Assembly (NCBI RefSeq): GCF_006345805.1
Contig: NC_043011.1
Location: 50,604,464-50,668,463, forward strand
Length of the DNA stretch: 64,000 nucleotides
Reading direction: 5' to 3'
Source of the DNA: Octopus sinensis
Taxonomy: Eukaryota
Positions 1-13,510 of the stretch are shown in pieces (the first letter of the stretch is position 1; every line of letters starts with the position of its first letter). The notes under the pieces are model-generated. The model was not told the DNA's origin. It did not search any database and was given only the letters and a program-made list of their open reading frames with translations. A program made the position numbers and the translations under genes.

Positions 1-400
<400 letters not shown>

Positions 401-1019
401 GCATACATATTGATTAGTTTGACATGCGTATCTAATTTTTAGTTGATTCTTTATATGTGTCATTTAATTCTTATTTGAATTGTTGATTAACTTATCGTGT
501 GTAACAATGTAATCGGGTTATAGGTGGTTAAGTTTATAATAATGAACCGCGTGCAAAATTTTAGCTCTATATATTCCCAGGCAGGTTAGACTGTATTTTT
601 GCTACGAGCGTTTGACATTGTCGGAAATAATGATCTTGCCTATATGTGCCGAAACAACGTTGATATCTGTTAGGCAGCTGAAGAGGGAATATAAGTATAT
701 TCCTTAGTTGGTTACGTTTCTGAGGCTAACGGATGTATTAAATACTATATATTTCTAGACATCATTGTTTATTGGTTTTATAAGTTTTAGTGATTAATTC
801 TGATATTCATTTGTGGTGTTTATCTGTAGATTTATATCAGTTTTTCACATATTCTTAAGTTAGACATTTGATTCTGGAATTGTTAAAGATTTTTGGCTAA
901 TTTATTTCATACCTTACCGGATTGTACTGGTTTAAGTTATTTAATTTTATGAACATAATTTTTAGTTGAGGAGTATGACTTTGTTAATTTATGAACATAG
1001 GATATATGTGTTACCTTCA

Positions 1020-1261
1020 TACTTACATACATACATAAATTCGTACACACATGCACACATTTATACACACATGCATACATTTATATACATATTTACATGC
1101 TTAAATACATACATATATATATATGCATACATAGAAATAGAAATAAATACATGCAAGCATACATGCATACATATACACACATACATACATACATACATAT
1201 ATACACACATACACACATGCATACAAACATATATATATACATACATACATACATACATACA

Positions 1262-1291
<30 letters not shown>
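1020..1291. repeat. (ACAT)n-rich compound microsatellite
   Basis: Visible runs; explains the HTYI/YVCM ORFs in the track. Confidence 0.97.
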
Positions 1292-1292
<1 letters not shown>

Positions 1293-1367
1293 TTTATAAA
1301 TCAAAAAAAGAACTGAAAATCATTTAGATTTTCATTTGTTTGTGGATATGGATTTTAAAGATATTCT

Positions 1368-1830
1368 TTGCCATACACCAACCAGGTGTTAAGCATTACC
1401 GTTTCCGAAGAGAATATATTAAAATTTTTGCATTCGTGGAAAACATTAAGTTCTTATTTCTTCTGCAGACCTACTGGTTGCTTCGAGCATTTATTTAAAC
1501 TACGTTCGACTGAAGAAGTTTCAACAGAGATATCACAAATAATTATTGAAATTTATTTGTTATTCTCACAGAACGCATTTGAGATATTCAGATTAATTTT
1601 TAAAGAATTAATGGCAATTCCACTGCAGATGTTCCCATGTTCTGTCTAATTTTTTAATCAAAGATACGATATAAGTCAAAGGCTTCTGACGAAGAATTTT
1701 TTGTCTATCAACTTCACAAACATTTTAAGAATTTGGATCTTACAGAGACTCAAAAATATCGAAGATTTCAAATTATTTCAAATTATTCCATAATCTTTCG
1801 ATAATCACACGATTACTTATCTCAGAAATT
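1368..1830 (+). pseudogene. Possible degenerate hAT-like transposase fragment
   Basis: ORF 1368-1649 (VLSITVSEENILKFLHSWKTLSSYF...YLLFSQNAFEIF) loosely recalls the hAT RWLS...W..L..YF region; not verified by search. Confidence 0.25.
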
Positions 1831-1837
1831 ATGGAGG

Positions 1838-2200
1838 CGGTCATGGCTGTAAGAAGCTCGTTTTGAAACTACATCATTTCGGGTTCAGTCCCACTTCACG
1901 GCACCTTGGACGAGTGTCTTCTACTATAGCCCTCAACCGACCAATACTTTGTGAATGTCAGTGAATTTTGTTGATGGAAACTGTGCTGAAGCCTACCATG
2001 TATGTATGTGTGTCTTTACACTTGTGTTTATCCCTCCACCACTCAACAATTGGCGCTGATTTGTTTACGTTCCGTAGCATAGCGGTTCGACAAAAAGGAC
2101 CAATAGAATAAGTGCCTTATTTAAGAAATAAGTCCTGGGATCTACTTGTTCGACTAAATCCTTCAGAGCGGTGCTTTAGCATGGCTTCAGTCCAATGACT
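1838..2200 (+). mobile_element. SINE family A (tRNA-type head), degenerate copy
   Basis: Matches the family A copies at 12154, 14336, 34063, 45270 and 56216 (gggttcagtcccac...cggcaccttgg...gtgtcttctactatagc). Confidence 0.8.
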
Positions 2201-3065
2201 GAAATAAATTTGATGAAATGAGATAAGATTTCGGCTTTTGAGAAAATTTCAATTTTTAGAAGAAATATCACGTCTCACTTTTAGTTAATTTCCTTTCCCA
2301 AAACACCGGTAATTTGTTGAAGTCATTCAAATTTTTTAAACCTAAAATAGGAAAACAAATTTAAATATAAATGAACTTTGGGATGAAGTAACATTAATTA
2401 GAAAAAAAAAAAGAAAACTAAATATTCAATTTTTACAAAAATTCAACTTTTGGAGAAAAAAAATATCAAATTTCACACTTTTTTCAGACAATTCCTTTCC
2501 AAAATACTAACAGTTTATTGAAGTTGTTGAAGGTTTAAAATTTAGAAGTAAATTAAATTTAAATATTGGTAATTTTTTTTATGAGATAGCATTAATTAGA
2601 GTCAACTGTGAATCTTTCAAAAACTCCGCATCGTACACCATACAACAACATCAACAAGTAGTATAGTCATTTATAAATATTCTGACGACATGAAATGTTC
2701 AAATGTATTTTCGAATACTTTCATTTTCGTTTTTGTTTGTTTTTGTGTTGTTTTGTTTTATTTTTCTTCATTCCTGGAATTTCAGCAAACTAACTCTAGA
2801 ATTCTTTTCTTAATTTTTTTTTTCTTTTTAATGTAATAATTCAAAAATGAAGATATCAAAGAGACAGATGTTCGGTTTAGCTACAAAGGTGTGAGCTTTT
2901 GATATATTTCCATTTTCAGTTTTTGATATATTTCAATTGTTTACATTTTTCAGAAAGAAAAAGAATGTATGAGAATTGTTCTTTTGCTGAAGTAAGCAAA
3001 ACAGGAAAAATGCAATATTAAATAATAAAAAGACAGTGTCAAAAAAATATTGTGTGTGTGTGTAC

Positions 3066-3129
<64 letters not shown>

Positions 3130-3151
<22 letters not shown>

Positions 3152-3335
3152 AGAATTCACGAAAAAAACAAAAGACGAAGACAGGTGGTGTAGAAAACAA
3201 ACAGATGTATTAGTATAACGCTCAGGAATTGAAAAAGTCTTTTACCCTTCGAGCCTACGCTCTTCCACAGAAAGGAACACAGAAAGAAATAAGGAGAGAA
3301 AATAAAGAATGTGCAGTGGCTACCGATCTATCATG
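3130..3335 (-). mobile_element. Penelope-like terminal-repeat fragment
   Basis: Minus strand reads ctgtggaagagcgtaggctcgaag, resembling the CTGANGA-stem-GAAA motif of Penelope-like element ends; sits between microsatellites. Confidence 0.4.
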
Positions 3336-3338
3336 GCG

Positions 3339-3377
<39 letters not shown>

Positions 3378-3446
3378 AAAAATGTGTTTTCCATCTATTA
3401 TTTTACGTGGATTCTTCTAAAATATTTAAGGTCTACAAATACACTG

Positions 3447-3600
3447 AACCGGCTGCGTGGCAAGAAGCGTGCTTCCCAACCACATGGTTCTGGGTTCAAT
3501 CCCACTGCGTGGCACCTTGTACAGGTGCCTTCTACTAAAGCCTAGGGCCGACCAAAGTACTGTGAGTGGATCTGGTAGATTGAAACTGAAATAAGCCCGT

Positions 3601-3699
<99 letters not shown>

Positions 3700-3950
3700 A
3701 TATATATATATATATATACATATCCTAGCATATAGTGATATAACAATCACAAGAAATATATATATATATATATATATCTGTTTGTGTGTGTGGAGAGAGG
3801 AGAGAGATGTATATGTGTGTGTATTTTTATGTTTGTCCCCCACCATCGCTTGACAAAAGATGGGTGTGTATTTACGACACCGTAGCCTAGCGGTTCGGCA
3901 AAGTAGAACAATAGAATAAATACCAGCACTTGAAAAAAAAAATAAGTACC
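3447..3950 (+). mobile_element. SINE family A with expanded internal (TA)n
   Basis: Family A head and body interrupted by ~200 bp of TA-rich repeat. Confidence 0.85.
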
Positions 3951-4009
3951 CAGAAGAAACCGGAATTTTGCAGTATTATTTTATTTACTTAGTTTTACAT
4001 ATTTACAGG

Positions 4010-4300
4010 AACATGATTGTCTCGCTCGAACTGGCTGGTCTGTCGCTGGATGCTCCGTGGTCAATGGCCTCGGACCAAAGACCGTCTGTCGATCTCGGCA
4101 GCAGGAAGTAAAAGAAAGAATAGCGGTAAGAGCTAGCTGCTGCTTCCGGAAAACACCAATCATTGCACATGCGCAGTTGAACATCCCAAAATGGCGTACG
4201 ACGTTATTTGTACGGCATATCTCAGGGAGAGCGGATGCATTCCACCAACGCTACAGCCTAAACAACTTGTATACACAACAATAGCAATGAAATACTACAC
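4010..4300. promoter_or_regulatory. CpG-rich promoter-like segment
   Basis: Local CpG enrichment in AT-rich DNA, ETS-like ggaagt/ttccgg, NRF1-like tgcacatgcgca and YY1-like caaaatggcg; no matching repeat in the window. Confidence 0.45.
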
Positions 4301-4499
4301 GGAAAGAGTTTTAAGTGTTTTCAAAAGTACCATTTCACAAAATCCATAGGGACGAACTATAAAATTTTCAATTTGTATTGAAAATTAAATTTTTGCACAA
4401 ATTCTTTGGTATATTTCACATTTTCTTTTCTTGTTTCGATCTCTTTTTTAATCATAAAAGCTATATTGTTTATTCGGTCCACCCACACAAAGTAATCTT

Positions 4500-5647
4500 T
4501 ATATAAATAAAACTGAGAATGTGTATCTGTCTGTGTGTTTCCCTAAAACTTGAGAACTACACAACCAATTTCATTCAAATTTTACACAGTTCTTACTTAG
4601 GGTCCGGAGAGAGTCATCGGCAAAAAACATTTTGAACTTTTTGCCTAGGGCGAGCCCACAGCAATATCATATCTTCTCCACTACGATTCCCTAAAACTTG
4701 AGAACTACACAACCAATTCCATTCAAATTTTACACATGCCTTACTTAGGGTCCATGTAGTTTCATGGGCAAAAAAATATTCAACTTCTTGCCTAGAGCGA
4801 GCCCATGGCAATATCATATCTTCTCCACTATTTCAGTATTACGTGTTAAAAGTGAAACAAAAACGTTTTTCTATTTTACGTTTAGATACTTTCACTTTAA
4901 CAATAAAAATAATAATAACAATTGAATTATATGTAGTAAGTAATAATTAAAATCAAACTAAAGTATAATATAATCGTAACATAACAAAAGTAAAAATAGC
5001 AAAAAGTAAAAATGGTTTCACATGAATGGGAATAAATTAAAAATAAAATTAGCGTGCAGAAATGGAATAGTCCAGATGGATAATAAAAAATTAAATTAAA
5101 GAAAAGACTATTGTCTATAAAGTATACAATGTAGAGAAAAAAGAAGATTTGAACACATGGAGGAAAGCACCTTCGAAACGTGTATTGGTGCGACTATGAA
5201 AGGTATCTAATCAGAGGCGGTAAATTCGTCACAATAGAAGCAAGGTTCGAGTCAACGGAGCGTGCAAAGGAGTACTCGACTCGAACTTGCAAAGTGGAAA
5301 TATTTTATTTTTACCTTTATATCTGGGACGTCGGACGTGCCGGAAAAAAAATTTTAATGCCCCCCCCCCTCCAGATGTAGAGGTAGGCTGGATTGTAGCC
5401 ACATTTCTATACAAGAGGGAGGACAAGATACAATTGATCGAAATTACAAGAGACGGGCTAACAATTCCAGTCTGTTATATATTTTGAGTATTGTTATCAC
5501 TAGCGATATCAAGATATAACTTTGTATTTTGTATTTTATGTGTAGATGTGTATATATAGATGTACATGTAATATGTACACATATATATACACATATATAC
5601 ATGCACTAGCACTATAACCCGGCAACGACGGGTCTTTAATGCTTGTA
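4500..5647 (+). mobile_element. Non-autonomous Helitron-like element with duplicated 5' block
   Basis: 5' atataaaactgagaatgtgt...tgtctg start shared with 5650 and 7342; 3' hairpin cccggcaacgacggg followed by a degenerate cttgt end. Confidence 0.6.
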
Positions 5648-5649
5648 TA

Positions 5650-6550
5650 TACATATATAAAACTGAGAATGTGTGTGTGTCTGTCTGTGTGTTTCCCTAA
5701 AACCTGAGAACTACACAACCAATTTCATTCAAATTTTACACATGCTTTACTTAAGGTCCGGGGAGTATCATCGGCAAAAAAAATCTTAACTTTTTCCCTA
5801 GGGCGATCCCACAGCAATTTCATATCTTCTCCACTATTTCAGTATTACGTGTTAAAAGTGAAACAAAAATATCTCTCTTTTGTAATGCAGACACTTTCAC
5901 TTTAATACTGAAACTATTAAAGTGAAAGTATTATATAACAGGGATGAACCATTAACAATGGTCATCCATTTTGCTAGAAGAAGATCCGCTATGGTCTTAT
6001 ATGCTACACCACTGGTTTTCAATTCATATTAATCAAATTAATATTAAATTTTTCACCCTTATTATGTGTGTGTGGGTATGTGTGTATTAGCAATTCGTAT
6101 AAAATTACATCAATGACTTGAACTTGAATAAGTGGTTTCACACAAATGGAGATAAATTAAAAAGGTTTGTTGTTATTATTATTACTATTTGACTATTGTA
6201 ATCACGTTTGTTGGTTCCTCGTCAGGGAACCGTTGTTGTGTTGCATTTGTTAAATAATTGTAAACCGTAACCCTCCCCCTTTCGGAGAAGGGGCTTTGGT
6301 TATTGTTTAAAAATAGAATTGTGTCCCTGTTTGGGGAAATTGACAATACTTTCACCATCTTTACAGAAGCATTTTTGTTAAAATGCCTTCAATAGAAGAA
6401 AGTCCAAAAATGAATTTCGCTGCAGCCGTACACTTCTATACAAGAGGGAGGACAAGATCCAATTGATCGAAATTGCAAGAGACGGGCCTACAATTCCAGT
6501 CTGTTATATATTTTGAGTATTGTTATCACTAGCGATATCAAGATATAACC
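5650..6550 (+). mobile_element. Second Helitron-like copy of the same family
   Basis: Same 5' block; ~6420-6549 duplicates ~5390-5520. Confidence 0.55.
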
Positions 6551-8354
6551 TGGACTCTACCTGTACTTGCTTGCAACTTCTATCAGCTGTCGTCCACCAA
6601 ATCCACTCTCGAGGTTGAGCCGTGCACCATGCTGCTGGGAAGCAACATTCTTACCACATAGCCACGCATGAGTAAATTGAAATATTACTCTTGAATATTA
6701 GATATTACTTTTAATTACTCCATCTAGATAAAGCCAAATCTGAACCAACTTGAAATTAAAAACTTCTAAGATGGTAGAAACATCTGGCCCAGAGTTCACA
6801 AAATCTAACTCAATAAAACTTATTCTATTGGATTCTTTTACCCAATTGCTAACTCAACAAAGCTAGTGCAGTTATACGGGAATTTCATTATCTACATTGG
6901 TGGTTGGCCCCGAGTAGTTCTGGTTATGATAACTCTCGAAACTGATGAGACTTCAACTCTAGCAATGAGAAACAGAGCACAGCAGCCCCCTCACCGTGCA
7001 AGTATTTACCCTAAAATGAGTCAGGTAAATTATTTGGGCTCTGAAATTTACATCCATCTGTTTATTTCTATTCCTGAGATTGCAATATTTTCAATGCTAT
7101 TAAATTGCTAACACTCATTGAGGCTGGCTTTCAGAATTTTCTCTTTTCTTTATACAAGTTCCTAAAGTTCTCACATATCTATTCAATTTTCGAAATCACT
7201 TTGAACACTTCTTAAAAAGCAACTTCTTATTAAGAATAAAATATCAACTTTGCTTAAAAGAAGGCATCTTATTACACTTTATTAATTAACCTTTAATTAA
7301 AGTAAACCATAATTAATATACTTTCATATTAATGTAAATTATCTATATATATAAAACTGAGAATGTGTGTCTGTCTGTCTGTCTGTTTCCCTAAAACTTG
7401 AGAACTACACAACCAATTTCATTCAAATTTTACACATGCCTTACTTAGGGTCCATGTAGTGTGATGGGCTCGCTCTGGGCGACATTGAGGCGACTGTAGA
7501 CAGCCGCAAGCCCACAGTCGACGCTATGGCGACCAGAGCTCGCTCTGGGTAACATTGAGGTGACTGTACACATCCACAGGCCCACAGTCGACGCTATGGC
7601 ATCAGTGTCACTATAGCGGTTGGGTTGGGAGAATTTCCATTATATATTGAGAACTATTGCGCGAAGGCAGTACAAAAAACAACCCTTCCTCAATTGTTGG
7701 CAGATTTACCTACTCCGCATTGCAAGTAGTGCAACAAGATGCGTCTTCGTCAAAGCAATTGCTCCCCCAAAGCAAATTAAATAAAATTTGAGATACGTGG
7801 AACGTCAAAGCTGCTAACAAAAACAGGACAGTGAAATATTCGGTAAGGGCTGTTTAATCCTAACGAGGTGAAGTGGTGAACGCTGGAGAAAAAAAGCTTT
7901 GTCAAGAGACAGACAAGAATGCGTGTTATAGTTATAAACTGAACGAGAAGAAAAAGAATTACATTTATAAACAGAGATATATAATTATTGAGGACAGAAT
8001 TTGAGTTAGAAATAGAGAACTATAAATATTGTATTATGCATAAAGTGGTGGCTTACATTCGGGGCTTCCAATTTCTCTGTAAAATATAAGATAGTCGCAA
8101 AATCATCGCACGTCACCATCGATTACAAACGCCGGTGGAAGATAAAAGTTCCAGAGGACATTCTTGTTCTTTCGTTTGTACAAGGATCGTATTATGTTTC
8201 GGCTTAAAATAAATTATAAATACAAATATAATGTATAGAAATATATAAAAACCAGAATAGAAAATAAACGTCTTAGGCATATAAAATGAGATAACAATGA
8301 GATATCGAGGTGTTATATAATTGAAACCTACTAGAATATCATAGATTATATATA

Positions 8355-10265
8355 TATCAAGTCATCCAATCAGTTCTGTCCACTTTTACCTTTTTTTTTA
8401 GATTTAAATGAAAATTAATAGTATCTTCAAATGTCTAATTCAATTAAAAATTATTTTTATGCATTTGTGTACGTTTAAATTAATTCAATATTGTTTTACA
8501 AAATAATAGAGGGTGTCCACAAAGTCTGCGTACATGGGGATTAACACATACTTTTAAAACAAACCAATTTTATTTAATTATAATGTTAATAAATGATATT
8601 TTCAAAGTGATTTCCATCATTTTTCAATGCATAACTTGATGCGCCTTGCAAAATTCAGGTGAACTTGATTAAATAAGTCTACATTGCCATCGATTTCAGC
8701 ACACTGACTGGTAATGCGTTCTCTCGTGTGTTTTAAATCTGTAATCGTTATTGCAATCTTTCTCTTTCAACATACCCCAGAAAAAGAAATCAAGGGGAGA
8801 AAGGTCTGGTGAACGAGGGGACCTTTCCATATGAGCCCTTCGTCCAATCCAGAGAGGAAAAGTGTCATTAAGCCAATCTCTAACAGTTGTGGCAAATGGG
8901 TAGGGGCCCCATCCTGCTGAATCCAATTTGGAAGGCCCTCGCCTAGGCGCTCAATTTGAGATATTAATTTGTCTCTCAATATGTTTACATAAATCTCATC
9001 CGTTACATGTTCAATGAAGAAGGGTCCTAGAACATGAGCTTTCCACAAACCACACCATCACCTTTTTGCTGCCTTGCTGTTTGGTTGGATCCATCCAATG
9101 TGGATTACCTCGAGACCAGTATAGAAGATTCTGTCTGTTGACCTCACCATTTACATAAAACGTAACTTTGTCACTGAACAACAAAGTTTTTCGTAAAATT
9201 GATATTTTCATCCAATTTATCTGAAAACCATTCTCACGTCTACATTCGTCTATCAGGGTCGTCTTCCTTTAAGTGATGCAATATCTGTAGGTTGTATCGA
9301 TGAAACTTTTCCTCAACCAGCATTTTGTGGATGGTTGGTTTTGGAACACCTGACACCGTGGATGTCCGACGAAGTGATTTCTTTGGGCTAGCAGAAACTT
9401 TAGCCATGACAGCCTCTTTCGTTTCATCTGAAGTCTTTGGTCGCCCGGAACGGGGTTTATCCAAAACACTGCCTGTTTCTTTAAATTTCTTGATCAATTT
9501 CCCGACGGCAATAAAAAAAATAGGTTACCTATAAGGGTGTCGAAGATTAAATTCTTCCGCAATTTTGCGATAAGACCATCCCTCTCGTCCACTTAATAAT
9601 AATAACTCGATTCTTTCTTCTTTAGACACAGCCATCATTCGATCATCTGTAGAAAAAATAACAAATAAATTTAGAAAAGTAAAGTATTTTTTAAATTTAA
9701 TTTAAACAAAAGTAAAAAAGGAAAATTATTATTTCTTATATTTATTTATGTTATGATTTTATTCCATGTACCCAGACTTCGTGGACACCCTAAAATTGCT
9801 TTGATTAAAACCTTTCAACATGGAAGTATCCAAGGAGCATTTATGGTACATATAATTCTTTATGGGTATAATAAAGGTAACTCTGCAGCCGAAGTGACTC
9901 GAAACATACACTCAGTTTATGGGAAAATGCTTGAATGAAAGAACTTGCAGGAGATCGTTTGCAAAATTGAAGATGAAGATCGAATAGGATGTCCAGTTGA
10001 GTTTGATGATAAGCTCCTTGAGGCATTACTTGAAGAAAATCCATCATTATCAGTTCAAGAATTGGCAATAAAGCTTACTTCAAACCATACAACAGTTCAT
10101 CGTCATCTTCAACAACGTGGAAAGATTCCTAAACTTGGAAAATAGGTGCCTCATGTATTATCCGAAAGCAACTACAAATCCCGAGTTGACATCTGCTCTT
10201 CTCTCCATTCTCGCAAACTCATTTCACCCTTTTTCAATAGACTTGTGACGAAAAATGGATTTTCT
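8355..10265 (+). mobile_element. Degenerate mariner element, split by a Tc1/mariner insertion
   Basis: Mariner-like terminus tatcaagtcatccaatcagttctgtcc at ~8355; from 9820 MEVSKEHL..IILYGYNKGNSAAEVTRNI...LGK*VPHVLSE, with stops. Confidence 0.8.
8509..9792 (-). mobile_element. Near full-length Tc1/mariner transposon, DD41D (rosa)-like, frameshifted
   Basis: ~28-bp TIRs agggtgtccacaaagtctgcgtacatgg / ccatgtacccagacttcgtggacaccct; motifs KFKETGSV..KPRSGRP, FSD..TF..G.VN.QN, QQDGAP, SPRSPDLSPLDFFFWG; second-to-third Asp spacing ~40-41 by manual reconstruction. Confidence 0.9.
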
Positions 10266-10388
10266 ATCCAGTTCATTCAGAAAATATAACAGTAAAGTCT
10301 AATTCTTCAATTGAATGTAACCGGGCAACGCCGGGTATCTCTGCTAGTTTAAGATATACATATATAAATATAAATATATATATATACA

Positions 10389-10413
<25 letters not shown>

Positions 10414-10422
<9 letters not shown>

Positions 10423-10637
10423 CAAACGTTAGCACGCCGGATGAAATGCTTAGCGGTATTTCGTCTGTCGTTACGTTGTGAGTTCAAATTCCGCCGAGGT
10501 TGACTTTGCCTTTCATCCTTTCGGGGTCGATAAATTAAGTACCAGTTCCGCACTGGGGTCGATGTAATCGACTTAATACCTATGTCTGTCTTTGTTTGTC
10601 CCCTCTATGTTTAGCCCCTTGTGGGTAATAAAGAAAT
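10414..10637 (+). mobile_element. SINE family B, 5' end eroded by a microsatellite
   Basis: gttagcacgccgg...gcctttcatcctttcggggtcgataaattaagtacc core. Confidence 0.9.
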
Positions 10638-10910
10638 CATTATTATTATTATCATCATCATCATCATTATATCATTTTATATTATTTCATTCATATAAGA
10701 AGCGAATGCAGTTAATAACTTTCTCTAATATTATTTACTTAAGGACCGAATTTATTAACTAACTCCAGTTGACTCGAGATGAAATTATGTCAAAACACTG
10801 ATATCTGACACTCCTCTGATATCATTTGGAACGTAATGTGTCTTTAACACACAAAGTCCCTAAAGGAAAGATTTTCTTGACGAAAAAATCACACAGCTGT
10901 CCCACGTTTG

Positions 10911-11959
10911 TGTATACCTGAACGTGTTAAAATGATAAACGCGTAAGGACTGTGCGATGCGAGATGACGAGAATAGCTCTTTAGTACATCACACGGTCGA
11001 TACAATAAATATAAATTGAATAGTACATATAAGTGCCAGAGGGGAAAAGGGAGGCACAACCGCGTAGTATGATTAAGAGAAGATTTATTGATATGTTAAC
11101 ATGTGTTTCTGTGCGTGCGTCATGTATACAGAATAATAGACAGGCCGTCATGAGAACAAATGTATGTGTGCGTGTAAGCATAGATGTATGCGTGTATTAA
11201 GAATGGCAATGAAGAGGACAGTGAAAGAGTATATAGCCATAGAAGTGAAAATACCAGTTCGTAGTCAATTGTACACTGTAGTTGAAATACTGTCTCAAGA
11301 AATCGCGGCCATGATGCTGAGCCGGTTGCAGGTACATGTCGTACGTGAAGTCGTGGCTGTGATTCTGCTGCCTGGATCACTTGATACAGTTCATGCAGGT
11401 TGTATATTCACTGTTGATCCATGGTGAAGTAATTCATGAATAGTGAAGTGTTGGAACCTGGGCCAGTTGCTTACTGATTTGTGTACGTAGTGAGATGATG
11501 TTGAAGACGTTAAGGATATGATGGTGGCGACGAAGACGGAGGTTGCCGTAATGCTGTTGGACGAAGTTGGTAAGTCTCAACGTAACTGCTGTGGTGTTGT
11601 CTGGAGTTGTCACTGGACCGGAATGTGTCTTGTGTGGTCAGTGGCTAGACCTTAAAAGGTCTGGAACCAAAAGACCTCCAAAACGAGGAGAAGGAGAGGG
11701 TTTTTTTTATAAGGAACAGTAGGCTCAAACGGGGTAGTGATCAGAGTGTCCCACGTGATTTTATTTAGATGCTCCGATTGGTTATACGCAGCAAATTGGC
11801 ACGACATAATAAGAGACAAATTGCGCCTATATCAACCAATCAGAATAGTGGATACAACAGGTCCAAATAGCGGACAAAGGCTAGCTGTTACATGCTACGT
11901 TCGAATGCACGTATATATAATAAAAGGGAGAGAGAAGTTTCACTCGAGTGCACGCTACA
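10911..11959 (-). mobile_element. Probable solo LTR related to 25859-26890
   Basis: Minus strand starts TGTAGC and shares ctatttggacctgttgtatccactattctgattggttga and distal blocks with the 25.9-kb LTR; ~1 kb; left edge and TSD not resolved. Confidence 0.55.
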
Positions 11960-12153
11960 TACACATCATTATTCTGGTGCCTGCTATTTCGTATGAGTAC
12001 ACTGAATTATTTACTTGGCCTTTCTTATATTCTATTTCGCATTAGTATCCTATTTAAAACATTTTCATTGTAAAATATATTGTTTGGTTGAATTTTGGGG
12101 TGGAGAAGGTGAAAGATTTGCACAGTCCCACCACACTACCTCCAAATGAGTCA

Positions 12154-12610
12154 GTGGCTGTGTGGTAAGTAGCTTGTTTACCAACCACATGGTTCCGGGT
12201 TCAGTCCCACTGCGTGGCACCTTGGGAAAGTGTCTTCTACTATAGCCTCGAGTCGACCAAAGCCTTGTGAGTGGATTTGGTAGGCGGAAACTGAAAGAAG
12301 CTCGTCGTATATATGTATACATATATGTGCGTGTGTGTGTGTGTTCGTGTGTGTGTGTGTGTGTGTGTGTGTGTTGTGTGTGTGTGTGTGTTCGTGTGTC
12401 TGTGTTTGTCCACCCCAACGTCGCTTGACAACCAATGCTGTTGTGTTTACTTCCCCGTAACTTAGCGGTTCGGCAAAAAAAACGATACAATAAGAATAAG
12501 TACTAGGCTTACAAAGAATAAGTCCTGGGGTCGATTTTCTCGACTAAAGGCGGTGCTCCAGCATGGCCACAGTCAAATTACTGAAACAAGTAAAAGAATA
12601 AAAAGAGAGA
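12154..12610 (+). mobile_element. SINE family A, full length
   Basis: A/B-box-like head gtggctgtgtggtaag...ggttcagtccc, internal (TG)n, aaaagaat/aaaagag tail. Confidence 0.92.
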
Positions 12611-12619
12611 GATAAGAGA

Positions 12620-13080
12620 GTACTGGCGTTGATGTAATCGACTAGCTCTCCTCCAAAATTTTACCTATTATTAGAAAGAATTATATAGTTATATATATAA
12701 CACATTTCAATCCTCTTTTAAGAGACCAAATTAGAGAAATCGTTCAAAACTGTAACATTTCTTTGATAACTCAGTTACCTTTCCATTGACATGCAACTGA
12801 GACATTCATATTTAAGTGGATTACCTCAAAAGGGACCGGAAGTACGATGTCAGGAAGCCAGGGGTTGAAGACGTCTTTATTCCTACAGTATCTGCGATGA
12901 TGCCAAGTCGTGTGCTGGAAACGGCCGCAGAGTAGAATTTGTGAGTACACTTTCTTAAAATAATCTGGTGAGAATTTGAAAGAACTTGAAGGTGGATTGG
13001 CAGAATTTTTAAGCTAGTTCCCACCGAGGTCAATTTTACTTTTCATTCCTTCCGAGCTCGATAAAATAAATGTGCCAGGC
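12620..13080 (+). repeat. Dispersed duplicate of 56694-56990 carrying a 159-bp insert
   Basis: Near-identical to 56694-56990 except for 12832-12990, which matches 17154-17312. Confidence 0.9.
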
Positions 13081-13399
13081 ATGTAATGAAATCGATATAA
13101 TCAACTGTTCCATTCTCCAAAATTTGACACCGTGTTTCAACTGTAAGAAATTTTATATCTAACGGCAAAATTTTAGAGAATATAATGAGTTGTTTCCCCT
13201 TAATTCTAATTAAGTCCCTTAGATTTAAAATTTTTGCATCTTTCCTCTTGTACGCAATTTTGTAACATTTTCTTTTCTTCGTTTGGCTCATTGAGTTTCG
13301 CCCATACTGAAGCACTGCCTACAAAAGTTTAAATCTATTATGCCTATCCCTGTATAGATATAATAAAAACAGAAACATGAGTATAAGCGAGTGCACGCG

Positions 13400-13446
13400 C
13401 ACGCACACATAGACATACATACATACAGACAGACAGACAGACATAC

Positions 13447-13510
<64 letters not shown>

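Larger units (their letters stand above)
7342..10347 (+). mobile_element. Helitron-like element (TC...CTAG in an A|T site) carrying nested DNA transposons
   Basis: A|TCTATATATATAAAACTGAG at 7342; ccgggcaacgccggg hairpin then CTAG|T at 10344-10348. Pairing of these two ends is inferred. Confidence 0.5.

Noticed and set aside
966-1327. ORFs rich in HT/YI/CV/YVCM here and at ~3.4-3.9, 13.3, 16.1-16.7, 50.0-50.8 and 53.6 kb
   Set aside because: They are translations of microsatellites.
9240-9497. Transposase fragments as a domesticated or active gene
   Set aside because: All transposase and RT copies in the window carry multiple stops or frameshifts.
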